A stretch of DNA of 64,000 nt from Patescibacteria group bacterium (GCA_041665345.1 JBAYJA010000001.1:73206-137205); one strand, 5' to 3'; shown: positions 38,129 to 48,862, counted from the stretch's first letter. Notes: generated from the letters alone by a model not told the origin. Made by a program: numbers and translations.

Positions 38129-38281
38129 AGCTATAGAGTGGTAGAGCTATAGAGATCCTGGAAGCCTGCAACTAGCTATTATTGCGAGAAACGAATCCTT
38201 GAGTGACGTGGCCTGTCTGCCGACGAGGCAGGCAATCTTGCTGTAATACGGAATCAAGTTGACGGTCTGTGCTCTTTTTTT

Positions 38282-38388
38282 CTGTCATCCTGAATTATAT
38301 GACCTGTCCGCCGAAGCAGCAGCGTAGGTGGAATGATCCCCAGACGATGTATCAACTTCGGAGATTCTTCGAAGACTCAGAATGACAG
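38282..38388 (+). repeat. MITE-like element, copy 2, with terminal inverted repeats CTGTCATCCTGA / TCAGAATGACAG.
   Basis: Shares the terminal inverted repeats and the right-end block GAGATTCTTCGAAGACTCAG with 6979..7065. Confidence 0.4.
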
Positions 38389-38434
38389 AGGGAGGGGCGA
38401 GGAGTAGCGGGGAGGCACAGCAATGCATGCTTGA

Positions 38435-38689
38435 TTACTCAGGGAGTTTTTTCATCTCCTGCACTCGTTTATGAATTTGGTAAATTTTCCACCACCGATG
38501 CAAGGCAATTCCTGACCAGAAAATTTCCACTGACCCCAGGAGCCAAGCCTGCGTCAGGAGGCCGTAGATGCCACTGGCCAGGCACGCGGCAGCAAAACCC
38601 AACACCCAGTTGGGATGTCTGCGTTCCATGGCGTAGGTGAAGAGCATGGTCAGCACGGCGACAATGCCGAAAGCGGTGAGGAGATCCAT
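38435..38689 (-). CDS. Small membrane protein, 84 aa, two predicted TM helices.
   Basis: Hydrophobic segments LTAFGIVAVLTMLFTYA and VLGFAAACLASGIYGLL. Confidence 0.35.
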   Translation of the reverse strand: MDLLTAFGIVAVLTMLFTYAMERRHPNWVLGFAAACLASGIYGLLTQAWLLGSVEIFWSGIALHRWWKIYQIHKRVQEMKKLPE

Positions 38690-38781
38690 GCACCAAGTAT
38701 CATGGGTTTTTCACACATAGGCAAGCTGGGGCTGGCTCTTGACACCCCGTTTTTCCCTGCTACAATCAGGAGTACAGCGGT

Positions 38782-38808
38782 TTAGCACTCTCATGGTCGA
38801 AGTGCTAA
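38782..38808 (+). promoter_or_regulatory. CIRCE operator (HrcA binding site) upstream of groES.
   Basis: TTAGCACTC-TCATGGTCG-AAGTGCTAA against the consensus TTAGCACTC-N9-GAGTGCTAA (one mismatch). Confidence 0.7.
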
Positions 38809-38813
38809 AACTG

Positions 38814-38936
38814 GTTACGAAATACGAAATTTCGTACGAAAATACGAATTACGAACCCATTTACCAGCTAGTTGCAAGAGTAGTTGAAACCGTTCGTATT
38901 TCGTACTTTCGTAGCATTTCATTCGTAATTCGTAAT
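38814..38936 (+). repeat. Two inverted arrays of the (W)TACGAA heptamer, five TACGAA units then five TTCGTA units, flanking a 35-nt core; the array ends 5 nt before the groES ATG.
   Basis: GTTACGAAATACGAAATTTCGTACGAAAATACGAATTACGAAC ... GTTCGTATTTCGTACTTTCGTAGCATTTCATTCGTAATTCGTAAT, then TACTT-ATG. Confidence 0.6.
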
Positions 38937-38940
38937 ACTT

Positions 38941-39219
38941 ATGCAGCTCAAACCCCTGGGCGACAGAATTGTGGTGAAGCCCGCCACGCAGGAAGAAGTG
39001 ACCAAGTCCGGTATCGTGCTCCCAGACACCGTGGATAAGGAGAAGAAGGAGCAAGGTGAAATTATCGCCATTGGCTCCGGTGAAAAGATTGCCAAGCTCA
39101 ACCTCAAGGTTGGCGACATTGTGCTTTTTGGCAAGTACTCTGGCGATGAAGTAGATGTGGAAGACACAGAGTACAAAATCCTCAAGGACGAAGACGTCCT
39201 GGCAATTCTCCTCAAGTAA
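38941..39219 (+). CDS. groES: Co-chaperonin GroES.
   Basis: 92 aa with LKPLGDRIVVK and the mobile-loop region. Confidence 0.95.
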   Translation: MQLKPLGDRIVVKPATQEEVTKSGIVLPDTVDKEKKEQGEIIAIGSGEKIAKLNLKVGDIVLFGKYSGDEVDVEDTEYKILKDEDVLAILLK

Positions 39220-40890
<1,671 letters not shown>

Positions 40891-40949
40891 AAGAGAGCCG
40901 TAAAGCCTTAAAGCCGTAGAGCTGTAAGACTTTGATAAAAAAATTCCCC

Positions 40950-40980
40950 AAGCGCACCTTCTCCAAGGTGCGCTTTTGGG
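40950..40980 (+). terminator. Rho-independent terminator after groEL.
   Basis: AGCGCACCTT-CTCC-AAGGTGCGCT followed by TTTTGGG. Confidence 0.65.
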
Positions 40981-41043
40981 TATGTTTGACTTTGAGAAAG
41001 AAAGTTTTATACTTGAACCGAAGGAGAGGATATGAAAAAAATT

Positions 41044-41088
41044 GATCCGTTTCTTGAGTTTGCCGATCCAGATTAGGATTCAGTTGCA
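41044..41088 (+). CDS. 14-codon mini-ORF (MKKIDPFLEFADPD) with a strong RBS; possible leader peptide or small peptide.
   Basis: RBS GAAGGAGAGG 3 nt before the ATG. A strong terminator follows at 41142..41173. Confidence 0.2.
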
Positions 41089-41141
41089 CGGTAAGGCTTT
41101 CACCGGAGGGGACGTGGGCTAGCTATCAGCCTACGCATCAC

Positions 41142-41173
41142 GGGCGATCCATTGTGGATCGCCCACTTTTTTT
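41142..41173 (+). terminator. Rho-independent terminator or attenuator.
   Basis: GGGCGATCCA-TTG-TGGATCGCCC followed by ACTTTTTTTG. Confidence 0.55.
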
Positions 41174-41236
41174 GACACTGGCGGGGGAAGAGCATAAGCT
41201 AGGAGCAAGAGAAAACCGTGCAACCAAGGAGGAAAA

Positions 41237-41461
41237 ATGGCCTGGCATGTTGATTCAGAGGTACAACAGGCACTCGTGAAGTTGAATGATGCGCTGTGCA
41301 CCTTTGAGCGAAATACTTGCAGGAGGTATACGTTGGTGCTCATTCCCCATGCAGCAGATGAGCTGTGCCATGTATCACTCAGCGGGAAACCGATTTCTGA
41401 GGATTCCCAGCTCAAACCAGACGAGGCAGTTGCTATTGCCATAGCAGAGCGTGGGCACTAA
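41237..41461 (+). CDS. Hypothetical protein, 74 aa.
   Basis: ORF with RBS AAGGAGGAAAA. Confidence 0.35.
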   Translation: MAWHVDSEVQQALVKLNDALCTFERNTCRRYTLVLIPHAADELCHVSLSGKPISEDSQLKPDEAVAIAIAERGH

Positions 41462-41573
41462 GTCAGCCAAAATACTAGTTTTTTCCAGGTCAGCAATGGC
41501 CTGGATTTTTTTGGCAAAATGAAAACCGCACCGATGGAAATCCATGGTGCGGGAAAATGCGTGTGAATGTACT

Positions 41574-42083
41574 TTACTTTTTGGAAGCTTTGCAGGCTTC
41601 CAAGGCCACTTTCAGACCAGGCAACTGCTCATGAATGAACGGCTGCGGCAGGTCATCAACATTGTAGAATGTGCCTTCATATGGCACCGATTCATCCAGC
41701 ACACCCAGGTGGATGTTCTGCTGAATCTTCCCACGGTTGCCGAAGTCAGTGAAGAGCTCACCGACCATAACAGGCTTGCCGATCAATGCCCCTTTGATTT
41801 CTGTCCTAATGATGCGGGCGATCGCATCATCAATTGATGTATCGGTTTCCCGATACGTCGTGCCTGGGTAGTGCCAGGCAGACGGCCAATCCGGGTCACT
41901 GTCTGGGCGTTGGCTCAGGAGCACCTCAATGCTCTCGCCGTTTTCTCTCAGCACTATCAGCTCATAGGCTGGGCTGGGCATCTTGTTACTCAACGCCCGA
42001 AAAACCAGATACGGTTTTGGGCTGGGCATGCGGTTCAGTAGTTCGATAATCAACCGACTATCGTCTTCTGTCCATTCGAACAT
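41574..42083 (-). CDS. Hypothetical protein, 169 aa, in a low-GC island.
   Basis: ORF only; no family recognised. Confidence 0.45.
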   Translation of the reverse strand: MFEWTEDDSRLIIELLNRMPSPKPYLVFRALSNKMPSPAYELIVLRENGESIEVLLSQRPDSDPDWPSAWHYPGTTYRETDTSIDDAIARIIRTEIKGALIGKPVMVGELFTDFGNRGKIQQNIHLGVLDESVPYEGTFYNVDDLPQPFIHEQLPGLKVALEACKASKK

Positions 42084-42361
42084 CGTACCTCCTAAGGTTT
42101 GGATTCAAGTTGTAAAGGTTTTACTGCATATTGACTGCACAGTATTGCATAGGACAAGCGTTCTGTCAAGGGTTTGTACTGTGAACACCTAGAGGAGGGA
42201 GCCTAGCTAATCAAATAACGTTTGCATGAAAATGGGTCTTTGGTCATACTCTGGATAGAAATAAACGTTGACCAGACCTCTGTTTCGATGCCACGAGGGC
42301 GTAAAACTGCCGCAAGGCGGTTACCACGACAGGCGATCCATTCTGGGTCGCCTGATTTTTT

Positions 42362-42394
42362 GCAAAAAAATCCCCGCTACAATTTGCAGCGGGG
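42362..42394 (-). terminator. Rho-independent terminator for 42410..42991.
   Basis: Minus strand reads CCCCGCT-GCAAATTGT-AGCGGGG followed by ATTTTTTTG. Confidence 0.6.
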
Positions 42395-42409
42395 TAGATT
42401 TTACGTTTT

Positions 42410-42991
42410 CTACGTTGACGGAGCGTCACTTGCACGCTCTTTTTGTTGAGAGTTTTGGTTGTCCTCAAATAATTCTTCGATCATTGGGAACCGATCCCGT
42501 TGGTCGTAGTAGTCCTTGAGATTGTACATGACCTTTTGATCGATCGCACTGAGCGGCAGGCTGTGGGGGCAGTCTTTGCTTAAAAAAGTGATTCCAATCC
42601 GAGTGGTCAATGACATAGCAAAGTTTTCAGGTGCAACGATGTGCAGAGGCACATTCGCCTGATGGCACCAGGCACATTTGGAAATAATAAATGGATGGTG
42701 CCGCTGTATGCGCAAAGTCATACTTTCATGTAGAACGTTGCCATACCCCAGCCGTACGAGGCAATCATGAATTGCCACCCAAGTTTTTTCGAAAGCGTCT
42801 TGCAACGCGTGGAAGTGCTTACGCACAGCATCGTCTGAGAGCTTACCTTCCTCATAAAAAGCTGCTACTCGAACCGTGTCCTTCTGCGCCAGTGCTTGCG
42901 GATTGTCAAGCACCGACAGAATTTCCTCGAGTTCAATACTCTGCACATCTTCCATGTATTTCCTTTCGTTTGTAATGTTCTGTTTATTCAA
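42410..42991 (-). CDS. Hypothetical protein, 193 aa, in a low-GC island.
   Basis: ORF only. Confidence 0.45.
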   Translation of the reverse strand: MNKQNITNERKYMEDVQSIELEEILSVLDNPQALAQKDTVRVAAFYEEGKLSDDAVRKHFHALQDAFEKTWVAIHDCLVRLGYGNVLHESMTLRIQRHHPFIISKCAWCHQANVPLHIVAPENFAMSLTTRIGITFLSKDCPHSLPLSAIDQKVMYNLKDYYDQRDRFPMIEELFEDNQNSQQKERASDAPST

Positions 42992-43044
42992 GGCACAGTA
43001 CCATACATCGCGGCTTTGTCAAGCTTCTGGCAGGTGTATACTAA

Positions 43045-43352
43045 TGCATATGGATCCGCTTACCGAGAAAACGCAGAATACTGGCTTCAATCGGTCGGAC
43101 TACCTCCTTGCCGCGCTGGGCTACGTCTGGTTCGTCTGCGTACTCATCTGGCTCTGGAAAAAGGACGATGCATTTATCAGCCAGCACGCGAAAAATGGTA
43201 CGGCGCTTTTCGTGCTTTCCATTCTCTGGTTCATTCCCGGAGTTGGGTTCATTGTTTTGCTCTTTGAGCTGTACGGATTCTTTGTGGCCTTTGTGGGGAA
43301 GCCGTGGAAAATGCCGCTCATTGGCGATTGGTTGGAGAAGTTCAAGCTGTAA
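43045..43352 (+). CDS. Small membrane protein, 102 aa, DUF4870-like.
   Basis: Two TM helices (LLAALGYVWFVCVLIWLW; ALFVLSILWFIPGVGFIVLLF). Start chosen at MHMDPL. Confidence 0.45.
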
Positions 43353-43509
43353 TTTCCATAGATTCATTCGTTCGTACGAAACTTGACACTATGCCGTTCA
43401 TTGTCTAAGCTGTTTTGTCATGCGTTCTATTGTATGACGTAGTGCATGATCATTGAAATTTAAATAATTTAAGAGCCGAACATAGTTTAACAACCGAAGG
43501 AGGACAAAC

Positions 43510-45543
43510 ATGTCATTACGGCAACCGAGTGTTGGTACCTATCCAAAGGCATTAAGTTTTTGGAACGAAGGCACTGACCAAGTGACCATCATTAACCCTG
43601 AAGACTTCCCACGGGAAGCAATTTTGAAGGGGTTAGACCTGAGGAACCATCCCTTAGCCAAGGGCTTTGGAAACTGCGATGAGACCGAAGCCTATGAACG
43701 TATTGAGGTAATGCGTTTCTTAGGTGAGCACCCTGGGGTGCGCAAAGCAATCATTCAGCTCGCCAACACGTACAGCGTGCCGACGAGCCAAGAAAGATTC
43801 CAGACGTACTACGATCCCGCTCAGCCGGCAACCCCATTCTGGGCAGCCGTGCATACCCTGTGTGATGAGCTTGGTCCTACGGCTGCGCTACCCAAGCGCT
43901 TGCGGATTTTTGCCGGGACAATCCAGAGTTTTTTGGGTCTGGAAGCGGATGAACGTTTGATGGCCACCGCCGTCGCGGAAATTCTTGATTCTACGGCGGT
44001 TCTTGAAGGACTATTGGAGTTCGAAGTTTCGATTGACTCTGAGGAACGCTTCAGATCCTTTATGAAAGTGGGAAAGCCAAATTCCTTTGATGCTGTGGCA
44101 GCCGCATCGACCATCAGCTGCAAGCACTACGCAACGAAAGTGTTCCATGGTCATCGGACATTCAGCTTTGCGCTTTCGGAAGCCCGCATGAAGAAGTATC
44201 CGAAGTGGTTTGAGCAAAAGTGGAATCCCTGGCGATGGATTGCGCGGGGCATTCGGCAAGCCTGGATTGACTGGTCGAACAAACGCCAGGAAGTCAAGGC
44301 GAGTCGCCCCATGGTGATTACGCAGAGCAAAGAGGTTCTGGAAGATCTGGTGGAGGCTCTGCCCCGTATTCTCGCGAATAATGAGAAGCTTTATCGTAGT
44401 CTGCATTCGGGCACCATTCTCACGGTGTACTTTACCTACGGAAAGTACCAGGATGATTCCGATGGTCTGCAAATCCGTATTACAGACGCGCGAATGAAGA
44501 AGGAGCAAACAAACCCGAAAGAGTTTTTTTTCGAATTTGTAACCTTTGCTGGCTATTCTCGTGAGCGACTGAAGCTCATCGACCAAGCACGTCGGGAAAC
44601 TAGGGAAGCGATTCAACGCGTGCAAACGTCAGCCGCGGATGCATCACTGCGGAGTGAGCTTATTCAAGCAGATCCAATCTTCTTCACGACCAGCCTGCGT
44701 GTTCCATCGCCGAAAACCGATCTGGAGCATAGATGGAAGTCGGTGGGGAATTTGTACCAAACCAGAGATTTAGCCCCGACGTACAACGCGATGGTTGAGC
44801 TGCAGGTTTTCTGCCATTCCCACGCAAACATTCTCGGTCACATGTGCGACATTCTTTCCCGGTACACCAAACGAGCGAAAGAATTACATGCCACGGTCTC
44901 GTTCCCCGAGATCGTTATCAATGGCCATGAGAATGTTGTGGAGTTTGAGGAACTCTATCCGTTGCACCTTGGTGGCGCCCTCAAAGGCAACGTGGTACCA
45001 ATTAACGGCTTACCACCGGTAAATGGCACAATGATTGGTCTTACGGGCACGCATGGTGGTGGTAAGACCGTCACCGAGCATACCCTGGTGGCGAATATCT
45101 ACCTGGCCATGAGTGGCTTACCCATCCTGGGTCAGCGATTCCGATTGAATTGTAAGACTCACCTGGGGATGGTTTTCATTGAAGGAGTTAGTGGTCAGTC
45201 GGTCTGTCAGCTGCTCATCGATAAAACTGCCAGCGTGTTTAAAGCCATCGACAAGATCCCGGGTCGCAACGTGATCCTGGTCCTCGACGAACTTGGCTCG
45301 GCGACTCAGGAAAAAGATGGATCCCGGGTGGCCCTCCTCGTCCTGAAGGCGTTGTACGAACGCCAGGTTAGCCTCCTCTTTAGTACACAGATTATGGATG
45401 TGGCAGTTGCCGCCGAGAAAGAATTTGGCGCCAAGTGCTTCAAGGTGGATCGCAACCACCGTCTTGTTCCCGGTATTGGGAGTGGTGAGATTGACCAGTT
45501 GGTTCGTGACTCTGGCTTGGCCAAGTATCTGGTAAATAATTAG
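43510..45543 (+). CDS. MutS2-like ABC-ATPase domain (MutS domain V) fused to a roughly 470-aa N-terminal region of unknown function; no Smr domain.
   Basis: Walker A IGLTGTHGGGKTVTEHT (MutS2: ITGPNTGGKTVTLKT). Walker B VILVLDELGSATQEKDGSRVALLVLKAL (MutS2: [20 protein letters not shown]). STQIMDV (MutS2: TTHYPEL). RBS AAGGAGGA. Confidence 0.65.
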   Translation: MSLRQPSVGTYPKALSFWNEGTDQVTIINPEDFPREAILKGLDLRNHPLAKGFGNCDETEAYERIEVMRFLGEHPGVRKAIIQLANTYSVPTSQERFQTYYDPAQPATPFWAAVHTLCDELGPTAALPKRLRIFAGTIQSFLGLEADERLMATAVAEILDSTAVLEGLLEFEVSIDSEERFRSFMKVGKPNSFDAVAAASTISCKHYATKVFHGHRTFSFALSEARMKKYPKWFEQKWNPWRWIARGIRQAWIDWSNKRQEVKASRPMVITQSKEVLEDLVEALPRILANNEKLYRSLHSGTILTVYFTYGKYQDDSDGLQIRITDARMKKEQTNPKEFFFEFVTFAGYSRERLKLIDQARRETREAIQRVQTSAADASLRSELIQADPIFFTTSLRVPSPKTDLEHRWKSVGNLYQTRDLAPTYNAMVELQVFCHSHANILGHMCDILSRYTKRAKELHATVSFPEIVINGHENVVEFEELYPLHLGGALKGNVVPINGLPPVNGTMIGLTGTHGGGKTVTEHTLVANIYLAMSGLPILGQRFRLNCKTHLGMVFIEGVSGQSVCQLLIDKTASVFKAIDKIPGRNVILVLDELGSATQEKDGSRVALLVLKALYERQVSLLFSTQIMDVAVAAEKEFGAKCFKVDRNHRLVPGIGSGEIDQLVRDSGLAKYLVNN

Positions 45544-45556
45544 TTGCACTTTTCAG

Positions 45557-45587
45557 CACCGCTTCTCCATAGAGGCGGTGTTTTTTT
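45557..45587 (+). terminator. Rho-independent terminator.
   Basis: CACCGC-TTCTCCATAGAG-GCGGTG followed by TTTTTTT. Confidence 0.6.
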
Positions 45588-45662
45588 CATTAGGCAGATG
45601 GTAATTTTTTTGCTACACTACGATTACTATTTCGCTCTCGTTTCCGTAAAAATACACCTTTT

Positions 45663-48104
45663 ATGCCCAGCCGACGCCTGCCTACCCTCGCCCAGAAACG
45701 GAAGAGTTTTGTTTTGTGGTTTGATGAGATTACCATTGCCGACGTCCCGTTCGTTGGCGGCAAGAACGCCTCCTTGGGCGAAATGTACCGGGATCTGACG
45801 GCTAAGGGTGTGAAAATTCCTAATGGCTTTGCCATCACCGCGTATGCGTACCAGTACCTGTTGGAAAAGGCGGGGATTAAGGATGACATTCGGCGCATTC
45901 TGAAAGATTTAAATGTGAATGATCTGAAGAACTTGTACGAGCGTGGGCGCAAAGTGCGGGAAACCATTTTGAAAGCTGAGCTGCCACCAGAATTGGCGAA
46001 GGAAATTGTGGCTGCCTACAAGAAGTTGTCCCTGCAGTACAAAGTGAAGGCGGTTGATACCGCGGTGCGTTCCAGCGCCACGGCGGAAGATCTGGCCGAT
46101 GCGTCCTTTGCGGGTCAGCAAGAAACCTACCTGAATGTGCACGGTGACCATGCAATTTTGGAAGCGTGCAAGTCATGCTTTGCCTCGCTGTTCACCAACC
46201 GAGCCATAAGCTACCGCACGGAAAAGAAGTTTGACCACTTTAAAGTTTCTCTGTCCATTGGCGTGCAGAAAATGGTGCGGTCAGATTTGGCCGCCAGCGG
46301 CGTTATGTTCTCCATTGATACCGAGTCTGGTTTCCGCGATGCCGTGATGATCAATGCCAGCTACGGCTTGGGTGAGAACATTGTGCAGGGCGCCGTGACC
46401 CCGGATGAGTTCTACGTGCACAAACCCACCTTGATGCAAGGCTACAAGCCAATTGTGGGCAAGCACGTGGGGAGCAAGGAAATTAAAATGATTTACGCCA
46501 GCGGTGGCACCAAGCCAGTGAAGAACGTCCCCGTGTCATTACCCGATCGGCAGCGCTTTGCGATTACTGAACCAGAGATTCTTAAACTCGCACGTTGGGC
46601 CGTGATTATTGAGCAACACTACTCCAAGAAGGCCGGGCACTTTAAACCCATGGACATGGAGTGGGCCAAAGACGGGGAGACGGGCCAACTCTTCATTGTC
46701 CAAGCGCGTCCAGAGACGGTGACCAGCCAACGCAATCCAAACGTATTAGAAACCTACGTGCTGAACAAACGTGGGAAGGTGCTGACCGAAGGGGGCAGCA
46801 TTGGCGCGAAGATTGCCAGTGGGTTGGTGCACGTTATTGAGAATGTAAAAGACATTAGCCAGTTCAAAGCTGGGGAAGTGCTGGTGACGGAAATGACTGA
46901 CCCTGACTGGGAGCCCATCATGAAAAAGGCGGCAGCAATTGTGACCAACTCCGGCGGCCGCACGTGCCACGCAGCCATCATTTCTCGCGAGTTGGGTGTG
47001 CCCTGTGTCGTTGGTACGGGTACTGGCACGTCCGACTTAGCCAAGGCCAAAGATGTTACAGTGTCCTGCGCAGAAGGGGAGAAAGGGTTTGTCTACGCTG
47101 GTAAACTTCCCTTCACCATCAAGCGGACAGATTTGAAGTCTCTGAAGCGGCCACGGACCAAGGTGATGATGAACGTGGGTAACCCCGAGTCTGCCTTCGC
47201 CGACAGTTTCATTCCAAATGATGGCGTGGGTCTTGCCCGTGAAGAGTTTGTGATTAATGACTACATCAAAGTGCACCCCATGGCTCTGCTGAACTTCAGC
47301 AAGGTGAAGGACGCGCACGTGCGCCAGCAGATTGAAACCATCACGGCCGGGTACAGCAGCAAACCCCAGTTCTTCATTGATAAGCTGGCTGAGGGTGTGG
47401 CGCGGATTGCCGCCGCCTTCTACCCCAAGGACGTGATTGTCCGCTTGTCCGACTTCAAAACCAACGAGTACGCTAACCTCATTGGCGGCAAGCCTTTTGA
47501 GCCAATTGAAGATAACCCCATGATTGGCTGGCGCGGCGCGTCACGCTACTACGACCCCAAGTACGAACCCGCGTTCAAGTTGGAGTGTTTGGCCTTGCGA
47601 AAGGTGCGCGACGTGATGGGTTTGAAAAACCTGAAAGTCATGGTGCCGTTCTGCCGCACCGTGGAAGAAGGAAAGAAAGTGATTGCCACCATGAAGAAGT
47701 ACGGCTTGGTGCAGCACAAGGGTGGCTTGGAAGTGTACGTCATGTGCGAAATTCCTTCCAACGTCATTCTCGCGGACGATTTCTCGAAAATCTTCGATGG
47801 CTTCTCCATTGGTTCAAACGATCTTACACAGTTAACGCTTGGCGTAGATCGCGATTCCGCTTTGGTCGCGCATGACTACGATGAGCGGAGTATGGCGGTA
47901 AAAACTCTCGTCTCTCAGGTGATTCGATCTGCCAAGAAGAATAAGCGGAAGATGGGCTTCTGCGGACAGGCACCATCAGACTTTCCAGATTTCGCCCAAT
48001 TTCTGGCGAAGGAGGGGATTGATAGCATTTCCCTCAATCCAGATACTGTGGTGAAGACAACCATCGCCATTGGCCAGGCAGAAAAGAAGGCGCGGAGGAA
48101 GTAG
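45663..48104 (+). CDS. ppsA: Phosphoenolpyruvate synthase (pyruvate, water dikinase).
   Basis: FVGGKNASLGEMY and AVRSSATAEDLADASFAGQQETYLNV, with the phosphohistidine domain (GGRTCHAAIISRELGVP) and a PEP-utilising C-terminal domain. Confidence 0.9.
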   Translation: MPSRRLPTLAQKRKSFVLWFDEITIADVPFVGGKNASLGEMYRDLTAKGVKIPNGFAITAYAYQYLLEKAGIKDDIRRILKDLNVNDLKNLYERGRKVRETILKAELPPELAKEIVAAYKKLSLQYKVKAVDTAVRSSATAEDLADASFAGQQETYLNVHGDHAILEACKSCFASLFTNRAISYRTEKKFDHFKVSLSIGVQKMVRSDLAASGVMFSIDTESGFRDAVMINASYGLGENIVQGAVTPDEFYVHKPTLMQGYKPIVGKHVGSKEIKMIYASGGTKPVKNVPVSLPDRQRFAITEPEILKLARWAVIIEQHYSKKAGHFKPMDMEWAKDGETGQLFIVQARPETVTSQRNPNVLETYVLNKRGKVLTEGGSIGAKIASGLVHVIENVKDISQFKAGEVLVTEMTDPDWEPIMKKAAAIVTNSGGRTCHAAIISRELGVPCVVGTGTGTSDLAKAKDVTVSCAEGEKGFVYAGKLPFTIKRTDLKSLKRPRTKVMMNVGNPESAFADSFIPNDGVGLAREEFVINDYIKVHPMALLNFSKVKDAHVRQQIETITAGYSSKPQFFIDKLAEGVARIAAAFYPKDVIVRLSDFKTNEYANLIGGKPFEPIEDNPMIGWRGASRYYDPKYEPAFKLECLALRKVRDVMGLKNLKVMVPFCRTVEEGKKVIATMKKYGLVQHKGGLEVYVMCEIPSNVILADDFSKIFDGFSIGSNDLTQLTLGVDRDSALVAHDYDERSMAVKTLVSQVIRSAKKNKRKMGFCGQAPSDFPDFAQFLAKEGIDSISLNPDTVVKTTIAIGQAEKKARRK

Positions 48105-48184
48105 GATTCTATATTAAATAAGCAAAGCGTGGCTCTCCGTGGCCACGCTTTTCTGTTTGACATCATCAAGGTAGCCCTGTACTC

Positions 48185-48742
48185 TTGGTCAAAATAGCCA
48201 AATTGAAAACCGTTTTGAAAGGAGCAATAATGGGTATGTTTTCCAGTGTTCAAGTTATGATACTCGAAAGGCAGTTTCAGGTGCAGCGAGCACTGGCTGA
48301 GCAGGCAATCAAGCAGGTATCGGAAGAGCAGGTCATTGCATTGCTCAATCCAACACAGTTGGAGTCTAACTCCATCCGCATTCTCCAGAAGCACATTGCC
48401 TGGACGCTGTACTTCCGTGCCGCGACAATTTCTGGCAAGGAAATTCAGCCATTTTGCACCCGGGATGAAAGCCTTGTGCTGCTCCCACACGATGATGCCG
48501 CCCGTATTTGGCAAGAGTGGGGCGATGCCTGGTCGCTCATCAACAGGACGTTGCAGGGCTTGAGCATTTCCCGGCTTGCGGAAGAGGTTGATGTGCGTGG
48601 TAAAAATGTTGGCGTGCACGAGGTTGCGCTCATGCTCCTTACGCACGTTTCCCAGCATGTTGGTCAAATCATTATGCTGGCCAAGCACTGGGCGGGAGAA
48701 AGTTGGGTACCGTTGACGGTTGCAAAAACCAAAACTGCATGA
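48185..48742 (+). CDS. DinB_2/YfiT-like four-helix-bundle protein (putative metal-dependent hydrolase family); weak match.
   Basis: Size and His-containing helical pattern only. Confidence 0.4.
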   Translation: MVKIAKLKTVLKGAIMGMFSSVQVMILERQFQVQRALAEQAIKQVSEEQVIALLNPTQLESNSIRILQKHIAWTLYFRAATISGKEIQPFCTRDESLVLLPHDDAARIWQEWGDAWSLINRTLQGLSISRLAEEVDVRGKNVGVHEVALMLLTHVSQHVGQIIMLAKHWAGESWVPLTVAKTKTA

Positions 48743-48762
48743 GCGTGGAAGTTCTCATGTTT

Positions 48763-48794
48763 AAAACCGCAGGAAACAATCCCTGCGGTTTTTT
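48763..48794 (+). terminator. Rho-independent terminator.
   Basis: AAAACCGCAGG-AAACAATCC-CTGCGGTTTT followed by TTC. Confidence 0.6.
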
Positions 48795-48862
48795 CTATCC
48801 GTCGAGTATGTCTCAGTGTGATTTAACTCTACATGGAGTTCACAATAATAATTGTAGTAATG

